64,000 nt of DNA from contig OZ243961.1 in the NCBI GenBank assembly GCA_965214605.1, positions 1,696,001-1,760,000 of the forward strand, read 5' to 3'. The DNA comes from an uncultured Candidatus Binatia bacterium. GTDB taxonomy: Bacteria; Desulfobacterota; Binatia; Bin18. Position 1 is the first letter of the stretch. Each line of letters opens with the position of its first letter. The notes under the pieces are model-generated. The model searched no databases, was not told where the DNA came from, and saw only the letters and a program-made list of their open reading frames with translations. This document shows positions 1 to 7,869 of this stretch, piece after piece. The translations under genes and the position numbers were made by a program.

Positions 1-501
1 GTCGGCGCGCGAGAACTCGAACTCTTCCAGCATCAGGCGGTCGCCGTGCGCAATCAGCGGGCTGTCCTTGGCGCAGACGGCCTTGGCACAGACGGCCTTG
101 TCTTTCTCGACCGTGGGAATCGCGGGGAAGTCACCGCTGCTGACAAGCCCAAGATCACGTTTGAGCCGGTTCAGCACTGCTGGACACGTCACCCAAGCGA
201 ACACGCCGGTCAGCGAGCGGACTGGGAAGGCGAGAATGCGGGCGTCCGAGAACGTGGCCGCGCCGGCATGGTCGGACGCGGCGTCGGTCTCCGGCCCGAA
301 TGTTGCCAGGACATCCTTGTCCTTCCGGTTGTCTTTCGCGCATTCGGCCCGCAGGACGCCCTTGAGCGACGAGCCGGGGATCAGCGGCCAGTTGGTGTGA
401 CGTTCGCGCTGCACCGGCAGATCGACCACTCCCAGGGCCGTGCCGCTGCCGGGATGAAGTCCCGTCAGAGCGTGAATAAACAGTAAGGTTTTGTCAGACA
501 T
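1..501 (-). CDS. cmr4: Type III-B CRISPR RAMP protein Cmr4 (runs off window start)
   Basis: Not in ORF track. Manual translation from ATG at 501: MSDKTLLFIHALTGLHPGSGTALGVVDLPVQRERHTNWPLIPGSSLKGVLR, the typical Cmr4 N-terminus; overlaps the cmr3 stop. Confidence 0.93.
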   Translation of the reverse strand, partial: MSDKTLLFIHALTGLHPGSGTALGVVDLPVQRERHTNWPLIPGSSLKGVLRAECAKDNRKDKDVLATFGPETDAASDHAGAATFSDARILAFPVRSLTGVFAWVTCPAVLNRLKRDLGLVSSGDFPAIPTVEKDKAVCAKAVCAKDSPLIAHGDRLMLEEFEFSRAD

Positions 502-1594
502 AGCTCCAGTTCCCCTCCACAAAACAGCCCCAGCCGACGCGCGCATCTTCATCATTGACGAGTTGGCGTGGGACTTGGGCGTTTGGCTCTACGAAATACA
601 CCGATCCGGCCGGGACCATGAAGCGGTTGGGCTTGGGGCCGCCCTTAGCCAAGTCCCAGCCGGAAACAGACTGATGTTTGCCCACAGCAGCGGCCACCGG
701 CTTGATGCCCGGCGGCTTCCAGCCGTTGAACCACGCCGGCGTGGTCAACAGCACCAGTCGGCCTCTGTTTGGCTCGGGTGGAATGTTTGGCCAGCTCATG
801 CCGTGGTCAGCAGCACGGACGACGACGTGCCGGCCTTCACCGCCAAACTTCATTAGGACCGGTTCAGTCGCAAGCGGGGCCAGGACGTCGGCAGGGCCTT
901 TCAGTTCGGCGTACAAGCCAGCCGTGGGCTTGATGACCAACATGCGAACAGCGTAGATGCGACCTTCCTGCGCGGCGTTGCGTTGCGGATCAACACTAAT
1001 ACCGGTGCGGTTGTCAAACTCGTAGACCTCCTTTTCCGGTTCCCGGATCAGATCGCCCGGCTCCGGTAGGCCACCTTCAAGGAAGCGACCCAGACCAGAC
1101 AGCTTGAGAAACCCGTCGGCGGCCTCTACAGTCTCCCGGCCACAACGCCACCACAGGGGCAGCATCTCCGGGACTTGGGGTTGCCAACCAGGCAACGGGG
1201 TTTTGAGCGGGTCTAGTCGAACCAGCCGGGTTTTCTTTTCCTGTCTGAGGGTTTTCTTTTCCTGTCTGAGGTTGGCAGGGACTGGGATGAGCACCTCGCC
1301 GTTCAGGGTGAACCATGGGCCACGTGTCCGCACCGAGGCCACGGCCGCAGCAGTGGAGCCGAACTCGCCAAGCGCTTCGGCAAGAGGGACCCCATTCCTG
1401 GTGTGTTCCCCCAGCCGATCGAAATCCACCCCGTGCCGCTCCATGAGGAGGGTTCGCACCGCACCCGCCAAGGTCTGCGGCATGGGCAGGCCGGAGGACA
1501 CACGGCTGGCCGGCTCGAACGGTCGTGCATCCCGGAAGAACAAACTATCGACCGGCTCGATCTTCAGCCGGATCAGGGTATCACCGTCAGCCAT
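494..1594 (-). CDS. cmr3: Type III-B CRISPR protein Cmr3 (Cas5 group)
   Basis: EPVDSLFFRDARPF, PMPQTLAGAVRT, KFGGEGR, SGWDLAKGGPKP..VPAGSVYF, C-terminal GWG; lies between cas10 and cmr4. Confidence 0.93.
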   Translation of the reverse strand: MADGDTLIRLKIEPVDSLFFRDARPFEPASRVSSGLPMPQTLAGAVRTLLMERHGVDFDRLGEHTRNGVPLAEALGEFGSTAAAVASVRTRGPWFTLNGEVLIPVPANLRQEKKTLRQEKKTRLVRLDPLKTPLPGWQPQVPEMLPLWWRCGRETVEAADGFLKLSGLGRFLEGGLPEPGDLIREPEKEVYEFDNRTGISVDPQRNAAQEGRIYAVRMLVIKPTAGLYAELKGPADVLAPLATEPVLMKFGGEGRHVVVRAADHGMSWPNIPPEPNRGRLVLLTTPAWFNGWKPPGIKPVAAAVGKHQSVSGWDLAKGGPKPNRFMVPAGSVYFVEPNAQVPRQLVNDEDARVGWGCFVEGNWSYV

Positions 1595-4217
1595 CGTGAC
1601 CTCGCGCTACAAAAGCTGCGCCCTGGCACAGCAGAATAAATGATTCGAGAAGTTTCGCCCTAACACCGGGATTGTCCTGGGCATAGCGCCGCCACCAGTC
1701 TTCTACGTCTTGACCCGAAAGGGCGTTTGAGTCTGACGCCGTGGCATCTGTGGACCGATTGACGAGCCGGCGTATCTCAGCAGTGACAGCGTCACAGGAA
1801 ACTGCACGGAGGGTCGGGAGTTCCTGACGCAGACGATAGGTCCAGCGGTCGGTCGATCCGGCGGTGAAGCTCGCTACCAACTGCTGGAACCATGACGCAA
1901 GCTTCCACGACAACCCAGCCTCGGAGTGTTCACCGGAGCGGCGCATGAAGCGCAGCATCAGCCGATTCCGTCCGCTGTCCTTGGCCGCTTGTTCGGCTCG
2001 GCGTGCGGCGTCAAGTGCCAGGCGAAGATCCTCCATGTAATGGACAAAGGCAATGCCGGCAGACAGGGTGGCGTTGCTCCCCATCATCAGCAGCTGGCGG
2101 TTGTCTCTCTCTGTCCAGCCGGGCGGATCTCCGTCCTCGCCACGAAAGGCGCGGTATAGCTCAGCCGCGCACTTGACCGCCTGGCGCGCCGGCAGCAGGG
2201 CCAGGACGTCGTCACCGCCTGAGTAGATCAGAGTGCCCTTATGCTCTTCTACAATGCCGGGAGCAATATGGCTGGCAAAATTGTTGAGGGCTTCGCTGAT
2301 GGCAGCGTGTAGGGCCGGCCCAACGGGACGCTTGGCGTCAAGGCCGGCTTTGGCCTTGACGCCAAGCCGTTCGTAGTAGTCCACCATCTTCGGGTGAAGA
2401 ACTTCGCACACCCGTGGCGCGTAGTCGCCCTTGAGCCAGAAGCCCATGTGGTCCGCATCCATTACCAGGATCGCATAGTACGTGGACGGTTTTTGCTTCT
2501 TCCGCGCGGCCTCTATTCTCTCCCAGACCTGTTCCGGAGGGGGCGGGTCGCCCTCTTCCACATCATCACGGCGCTTTTGGTGAAGCCAGCGTCCGCTCCA
2601 ACTCCCGTGCCTGCGCCGGATTTGATCGACCTCAAGCTTTTCTTTGGCCAGCCACTCGGCGGCGGCTACGGTCGCCGTGTCGGGGAAACGCAAGTCGGCG
2701 GGTTTGAGATGCAGTTCGCGGGTAAACGTTGCCGGGGCGGCGAACCGCTTGCACAGCGCAACCGCGGAAAAGCGCTCACTCTTGCGCAGGCGAACACCGT
2801 CGACCTTGACTTTGGCAGTCGCCTCTTTCCAGAAATTGCGCGAATCGTTCAGGTTTGCCGGCCCCATTTGCTCATAGGAGCCGAACAGGCTGCACTTGGC
2901 CGGAGCGTTTTCCTCCGGCGTGGTTTGCCTCACCGTGGGTACGTGTCGAATAGATCGCTGCGCTTCCATCAGCCGCGCCGAGACCTCAAGCTGGGCCTGC
3001 CAGCGGCCAGCGGAGCGCTGATCGTAGCGCGGGCGCTCGTTCTCTGGAATCGCATCGGCAAGCCTGCGGACCTTGCCAGCCTCCTGCCACACCTCATCGA
3101 AAGAGGCGGTGTTGGCGATGAGCCGCGCGAGACACTCGTCTTTCATGTCACGCAGGGGCAAAGTAGCCGTCCGGACCTCGAAAAAGCTCTTGATCTGAGC
3201 GTCCCAGTGCCGATCCCATTCGGGATGAATGGCATACAGCCTGTGGGCGACGAGACAACGGCGGACATCCTCTGCCAGACGACGCCACGCCGCGCGGACC
3301 GCCCCGGCGCATTTGTCGGCCATGTCCTGAACTGTCGCCCCCTCGGGTCCCCCCGGAACAACTGCAACAAAACGGTTGGGGATGGACGGGGAGCGGCGCG
3401 CCTGTATACTTGGTTCGGGAACACGGTCGTCCAGCCCAGGTTGATCGCGCAACCACAGGTCCATCAGCGGATTCCCGCGCAGGGCCGGGTAGACCAACGC
3501 GGTGGGGCCAAGTGTTTCGAGCACCGGGCGGAGCCCCTGGAAGACGAGCCACGACAGGGTGGCACTGCCGGTCCACAGATCGCGCACGCTGCGGGCCGCC
3601 TCAATGAAACTTTGCACCGGACTGAGCGAGAGCGACAGGAGGGCTCCACCGTGCGCACCTTGCCTGCTGGCCCACAGGCCGCTGGTAATGTCTGCATGCT
3701 GGGTCAGGGTATGGTCGGGAATACGGGTGTCGGCGGGCAGACGTACGAATGCGTGCCCCAAGCACTTCGCAAGCCGTTCGGGCAGGAGTCGCCAAAGAGC
3801 TAGAAAACGGGAACGTGCGCACGGCAGATCATCGACGATACTGCCGATAGTCTCAAGCACCTGCTCCTCGGCAACAATCAACCCCTCCAGAGTGTTTCTG
3901 CCTGCGCTAACCGGGTGGCATGCGTCCAGCCGGCCGTCTTCGGGGCCAACGGCGCGTTCCCCGTTTCGGCCGGCGGTCGGCATGGGAACCCGCTCGGCGA
4001 TTGCAGCGAGCGAGTCTGCTAACGACGCCGAACTTTTGATCTCCTTCCGAGTCACGTCACGGTCAAGCGCGCGGGAGGCGTACCGGGCCGCCCGAGCCTC
4101 GTGCCCCCGTATATCGAGTGCCTTGTCGACAGGGTCGTGCAGATAAGCCACCAACAACTGATCCCAATCAACGAGGTCGAGTCCGGCCGACTGTTTATTT
4201 AAGGCGGTTTTTTCCAT
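1587..4217 (-). CDS. cas10: Type III-B Cas10/Cmr2 with HD motif and GGDD palm
   Basis: N-terminal YLHDP, LPADTRIPDH, PVQSFIEAARSVRDLWTGS, YYAILVMDADHMG, IYSGGDDVLALLP; ATG at 4217 preferred over track start 4241. Confidence 0.95.
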   Translation of the reverse strand: MEKTALNKQSAGLDLVDWDQLLVAYLHDPVDKALDIRGHEARAARYASRALDRDVTRKEIKSSASLADSLAAIAERVPMPTAGRNGERAVGPEDGRLDACHPVSAGRNTLEGLIVAEEQVLETIGSIVDDLPCARSRFLALWRLLPERLAKCLGHAFVRLPADTRIPDHTLTQHADITSGLWASRQGAHGGALLSLSLSPVQSFIEAARSVRDLWTGSATLSWLVFQGLRPVLETLGPTALVYPALRGNPLMDLWLRDQPGLDDRVPEPSIQARRSPSIPNRFVAVVPGGPEGATVQDMADKCAGAVRAAWRRLAEDVRRCLVAHRLYAIHPEWDRHWDAQIKSFFEVRTATLPLRDMKDECLARLIANTASFDEVWQEAGKVRRLADAIPENERPRYDQRSAGRWQAQLEVSARLMEAQRSIRHVPTVRQTTPEENAPAKCSLFGSYEQMGPANLNDSRNFWKEATAKVKVDGVRLRKSERFSAVALCKRFAAPATFTRELHLKPADLRFPDTATVAAAEWLAKEKLEVDQIRRRHGSWSGRWLHQKRRDDVEEGDPPPPEQVWERIEAARKKQKPSTYYAILVMDADHMGFWLKGDYAPRVCEVLHPKMVDYYERLGVKAKAGLDAKRPVGPALHAAISEALNNFASHIAPGIVEEHKGTLIYSGGDDVLALLPARQAVKCAAELYRAFRGEDGDPPGWTERDNRQLLMMGSNATLSAGIAFVHYMEDLRLALDAARRAEQAAKDSGRNRLMLRFMRRSGEHSEAGLSWKLASWFQQLVASFTAGSTDRWTYRLRQELPTLRAVSCDAVTAEIRRLVNRSTDATASDSNALSGQDVEDWWRRYAQDNPGVRAKLLESFILLCQGAAFVARGHDG

Positions 4218-4243
4218 CAGGTTCTTCCCTCGCAGCTCCACAG

Positions 4244-5440
4244 TCAGTCCAGCAGTAGACTCAGATTTTGGGCCAGAACAGTGGGTAGTTGCCGACGGTC
4301 TTTAAGCAGTTTTCTGCTTTCGGGCTTGGCTGGATCGGTGCCATGCGCCAGCGTGTTTCTCAAATCCTTCAGAGCACGGTAGGCAGTGAACCGTTTGCCG
4401 GTCAACGATCCCTGGTTCATGGCGGCGGTGACTTTGTCACGGTCGTCGTGCTTGTCGGGACTCAAGCCGCCTCTTTCGCACTCCCGCGTGACCACGGCTT
4501 CCGAGCCGAAAATGGCGGCGCGCAGAAAATCACCGCGCTCCAGATATTTCTTTGCCAGAAAGTGCTGACGGCGAGAGCGTGGTTCGCCTTTCGTCCACCC
4601 AAGCGCCTCTCTTAGTTTATGCTGAAACAATCCCGACGCGCCTTGCAGCTGTTCATTCAAAACGGGCAGGAAGGTGTCCAGACCACGCTTGGCATCCCGA
4701 TCGTTGGAAGTGCGCTCATAAAACGCGGCGATCTCCAAACACTGAGCTTTGTCTTTCGGCACCCCGTCTTCGAGCAATAACGGCACAAAGACCCCGTAGT
4801 CACCGTTCGCGTCGAATCGGTCCAAGGCATCCACCCAACGCCGCACCAGAACCAGGCCGTCGAGCTTGAGCACGGGCGCGATGTCGTCACGCATCATGTC
4901 GAGCGCCCCATACCAGAGGTGGTCAACCTGCAAGGTGCGTATCCGCTCAAGCATGAAGGCGGATAGGAATCCGATCATGCCGAGATGGCGAAAGCCATGG
5001 GTAAGATCGAAACTGAGCTTACCGTCCGGAACGGTATCGGCAATAGCGCTTAAGATGTCGTATTGCTCAGCGAAGTCGGCCCCGAACGGAATGAGGCGCG
5101 GAACGACCTGCAGGCCAACGGCTTGACTCATGATTGATTCCACTTTGTCGAGCATGGCTTGGGTTACCGTTTTTTGCGTTTCCGCTTCGAGCAATTCAAG
5201 CCGCGCATCTTCGTCCTCATCCACGGAGGCAAGGCTTTCGACCAACACGCCCCACATGCTGCCGCTCGTGCCCAGAATCACCACGCTGTCCGCGTCAAGG
5301 TGGCGTGCCAGCTCCAGACCGAGAAAGGCGGTTTTTTGCAGCTGGCCATCGGGGAATCGGTAAGTCGCGGTTCGGTAGCCCATCTGCCTATCTTCCCGGC
5401 CCCTGCCAAGAAATGTCACGAGTGTGTTGGTTTTATTCAT
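4244..5440 (-). CDS. csx1: Csx1-family (TM1812/DxTHG) CARF-HEPN ribonuclease
   Basis: TLVTFLGRG..YRTATYRF, GTSGSMW, FDLTHGFRH (DxTHG), C-terminal HEPN motif RNTLAH. Confidence 0.9.
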   Translation of the reverse strand: MNKTNTLVTFLGRGREDRQMGYRTATYRFPDGQLQKTAFLGLELARHLDADSVVILGTSGSMWGVLVESLASVDEDEDARLELLEAETQKTVTQAMLDKVESIMSQAVGLQVVPRLIPFGADFAEQYDILSAIADTVPDGKLSFDLTHGFRHLGMIGFLSAFMLERIRTLQVDHLWYGALDMMRDDIAPVLKLDGLVLVRRWVDALDRFDANGDYGVFVPLLLEDGVPKDKAQCLEIAAFYERTSNDRDAKRGLDTFLPVLNEQLQGASGLFQHKLREALGWTKGEPRSRRQHFLAKKYLERGDFLRAAIFGSEAVVTRECERGGLSPDKHDDRDKVTAAMNQGSLTGKRFTAYRALKDLRNTLAHGTDPAKPESRKLLKDRRQLPTVLAQNLSLLLD

Positions 5441-5649
5441 TGCGCTCCCCGCCATCGTCCAAAAAGAGAAGACTCCCCCGTCTCCAGCGGCCCGCCTCTG
5501 CGTGAGCCGGACTCAACACCAGAAGGCAAGCCCCCGGCCGTATTCAGTATCGTCGTCTTGATGCCTGTCTGCGTCTCACTGCTGATTGTATCGTCTTTGA
5601 TGTTTCTCTCCATTGCGATGAGCTCTCCGTGCCTGCCCTGCTCCGGCAT
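5437..5649 (-). CDS. Small hypothetical ORF (70 aa) coupled to csx1
   Basis: ATG 8 nt after a TGcTATGAT -10 box; its TGA overlaps the csx1 ATG (ATGA). No recognisable family. Confidence 0.4.
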   Translation of the reverse strand: MPEQGRHGELIAMERNIKDDTISSETQTGIKTTILNTAGGLPSGVESGSRRGGPLETGESSLFGRWRGAQ

Positions 5650-5702
5650 GAATACCTATCATAGCAGCTATCACCGGGCGCGCCTTATTTGGCAAGCTTG
5701 CC
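5649..5702 (-). promoter_or_regulatory. Putative promoter with palindromic operator upstream of the csx1-cmr operon
   Basis: Minus strand: GGCAAGCTTGCC(A)-N26-TATGAT-N8-ATGCCGGA; perfect 12-bp palindrome at 5691-5702. Confidence 0.6.
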
Positions 5703-6956
5703 GTCCCTCGGGCCGTCGCGCTCGGATGGGTCGATGACCTCAAATCGGATGGCGGACACTGGAAGGTCTATACCGAACCGTTGTGAGCCAGACTGTTCCG
5801 TAGCAACGATTGTATATATCGCAGCACGGGTCCTACCGAGGGCTGGACTGAGAACCTGCTTGAGCTGCCGATTCAGCTTAGACTTGGTCTGCGTGAAGAA
5901 CTCATGATGCATGCCCTTCGCCATTGCTTTGCTGGTGCGATCGTCATTACTCCGCTCCCTAAATACCGCACGGTATTCAGCGACATATGCCGACCGTGGC
6001 AGATCAATTGAGGAAGGTTTCCACTCACCAAGTATCGCGCGATATTCTGCCAGATACTCATCCCGATAGTCTGCTTCATACACGGCCTCGTGCCGAATAG
6101 GGCAGGTCACGCCTTCTTCGTCGTGAATGCGCCGACGGCCCAGCCACGCCAGAAAGGCGAGTTGAGTCGGAGGCAGTTGCACGACCCGACCTCCGGCACG
6201 AATGCGTTTGCCGGTCAGGTCTATTACGAGTTCGGGCGGTCCAACGGCGAGTTGCGCTGCCTTGACCGTATTGACGAAGCTCTCCTGACCATTGAGAAGG
6301 CCCTCGGGCAAACCCTCTCGAAGCCGCACGAACGGAATGGTCGCCAGGGTCACCTTTGCCCGGTTCGCATCGTGAGGGCGCTTGTCGCGGTCGTGGATCA
6401 CGCGCCGGCTGCGCGATGGGTAGAAGAAGTTTGGCAAGGATTCATACGGCGCAGAGACCAGCACGTGGCTCAGGCGATCTTGGGCACGTCCGTAGAGCGA
6501 AAGCGCATAGCCAGTGTAGAAGCCCATCGTCTTCCTACCGCCGGCGATAGAGACGTGGAGAGCCGAATCCCGATCACTTGTGAGCTTACGGACCTGTTCC
6601 GCGATGTGATCGGCGGCGACATCGTTGTCTTCTTCCGTGCGAATGTCTGTCAGCGGATCAGAGCCACCGATCACATGGATATTGTCCGGCGAAAAAGCGA
6701 CGGGCGGCAGGTCGTATTCGTCGCACAGCCGACCGAGCCAGGCGTCGCCGGCCAACAGACTGAGTTCGGCATTGCGCTTGCCTTCTTTGGTGGTCAGCAA
6801 GTGGATTTCTGTGGGAGTGAACCGTGGTTCTCCCGCAACCGCCAACGCGTAAATGGTCTCGGTCACCACTTGGGGCGACAGACCGGTGGCAGCGAGTAAA
6901 ATACGATGCGGGTATTCGTATGGAGCCAATCCAGAGTGACGTTTGTGATCCGGCAT
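5685..6956 (-). CDS. NE0113/Csx14-family CARF protein (ring-nuclease-like) with probable C-terminal winged-HTH region
   Basis: RILLAATGLSPQVVTETIYAL, IHLLTT, DIRTEEDN, LHVSIAGGRKTMGFY, LYGRAQDRLSHVLV, IPFVRLR. C-terminal LVIDL..VQLPPTQLAFLAWL..FFTQTKSKLNRQL resembles OmpR-like wHTH tails. Confidence 0.88.
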   Translation of the reverse strand: MPDHKRHSGLAPYEYPHRILLAATGLSPQVVTETIYALAVAGEPRFTPTEIHLLTTKEGKRNAELSLLAGDAWLGRLCDEYDLPPVAFSPDNIHVIGGSDPLTDIRTEEDNDVAADHIAEQVRKLTSDRDSALHVSIAGGRKTMGFYTGYALSLYGRAQDRLSHVLVSAPYESLPNFFYPSRSRRVIHDRDKRPHDANRAKVTLATIPFVRLREGLPEGLLNGQESFVNTVKAAQLAVGPPELVIDLTGKRIRAGGRVVQLPPTQLAFLAWLGRRRIHDEEGVTCPIRHEAVYEADYRDEYLAEYRAILGEWKPSSIDLPRSAYVAEYRAVFRERSNDDRTSKAMAKGMHHEFFTQTKSKLNRQLKQVLSPALGRTRAAIYTIVATEQSGSQRFGIDLPVSAIRFEVIDPSERDGPRDGKLAK

Positions 6957-7007
6957 AGGTCTCAATATAACCAATTCTCTCCATTTGCTCCGATCTGGCA
7001 AGCTTGC
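6956..7007 (-). promoter_or_regulatory. Putative promoter with palindromic operator upstream of the NE0113 CARF gene
   Basis: Minus strand: GCAAGCTTGC(CA)-N26-TATATT-N7-ATGCCGGA; 10-bp palindrome at 6998-7007. Confidence 0.6.
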
Positions 7008-7112
7008 GGTTACTGACCGGCTCGGCCTTGGCTGGAGAGGGGACAGGACAAGGGCAAAGGGAGTAGAGTCTGAAGCCGCAGACGGGCCCTCATCACTCTC
7101 CGAGAGGCCTGT

Positions 7113-7485
7113 TCAGCCCACCTTTAACCTCTTCCCACTCGTTTGGCTCCCGCCGGCGACAACCTGCCGGTGCATTTTTGACCCGTGCTCATAAAAGCGG
7201 GCGGCCCAGATACCGCTGAACGACTCGTTCTCCCCAGGCATTCTCCAGGTCATGACCTTAGCTGATCCAAGCGTCACGCCAATGAGAGCACGTGGTTGGT
7301 CGTGCGTCTCCGTCAGATAATGACCGCCTGACTCTTCATCCACATAACGCATGGTAATCCGGCGGTAGATATCGCGCCAGGCATCGTCATGGCCAAGTGG
7401 ATACAGCACCTCGGCTTTCCCCTCAACCAACACCTTGCGGTACAGACCTGATTCTTCGTCAATAGTAATAGCAACACAGGCATCT
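7113..7485 (-). pseudogene. 5'-truncated pyridoxamine 5'-phosphate oxidase-like (PPOX) gene
   Basis: CVAITIDEESGLYRKVLVEGKAEV..ITMRYV..AKVMTW is the C-terminal half of a PPOX-fold protein; upstream DNA is res-derived. Confidence 0.65.
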
Positions 7486-7800
7486 TTGCGCCATTGCAGA
7501 CGGGTCCGGGGGATTGGCTCTGCGTCTTGTATTGTCGAAGGTCACGCTCATGATGAGATTGTAGGCACGCTCGGCATTGTCGCGATTGATCTGGCTGTTC
7601 TCGGCCGTATCCGTCCACCCGCCTTTCCTGTCTATCGAGAATAACCGTCGTGAACCTCCTGGGCGGCCGCCGAGAGGTCCACTTCCCTGAACAGCGATTG
7701 GTAGTCGGGGTGCTGCGCGAGCCGTCGGTACTCTTCCTCGAACATTCCCACATCCACACCCTTGACAGCGTTGCCAGCCTCGTCATAGCGGCGGTAACTT
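7486..7800 (-). pseudogene. Displaced patchwork fragment of type III Res subunit
   Basis: Translates YRRYDEAGNAVKG..MFEEEYRRLAQHPDYQSLFREVDL..VHDGY / IDRKGGWTDTAEN..RDNAERAYNLIM (frameshifted). 7486-7523 is identical to 8594-8631 and 7531-7548 to 8671-8688. Confidence 0.8.
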
Positions 7801-7869
7801 TACCCGTAGCAGCGGACAATCCGACCGTGTTGGATAGTTTAATGGCAGAATAGAAGCCCAAGCCCGAGA

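Noticed and set aside
1897-1906. GCAAGCTTCC here and GCAAGCTTCT at 9822-9831 as further operator copies
   Set aside because: Imperfect palindromes without the 26-nt/-10/ATG architecture; the first lies inside cas10.
2394-3803. Long ORFs such as 2394-3803, 24776-25690, 33794-35053 and 58504-59592
   Set aside because: Antisense or alternate-frame shadows of well-supported genes in GC-rich DNA, with no family motifs.
7033-7102. Hairpin-bounded region (GGAGAG/CTCTCC) with GTGATGAG...GACTCTAC on the minus strand, reminiscent of a fluoride riboswitch or tRNA
   Set aside because: Required pairings, the GCUGAUG element and a T-loop are missing, and no fluoride-related gene is nearby; more likely a terminator-like stem after the PPOX gene.
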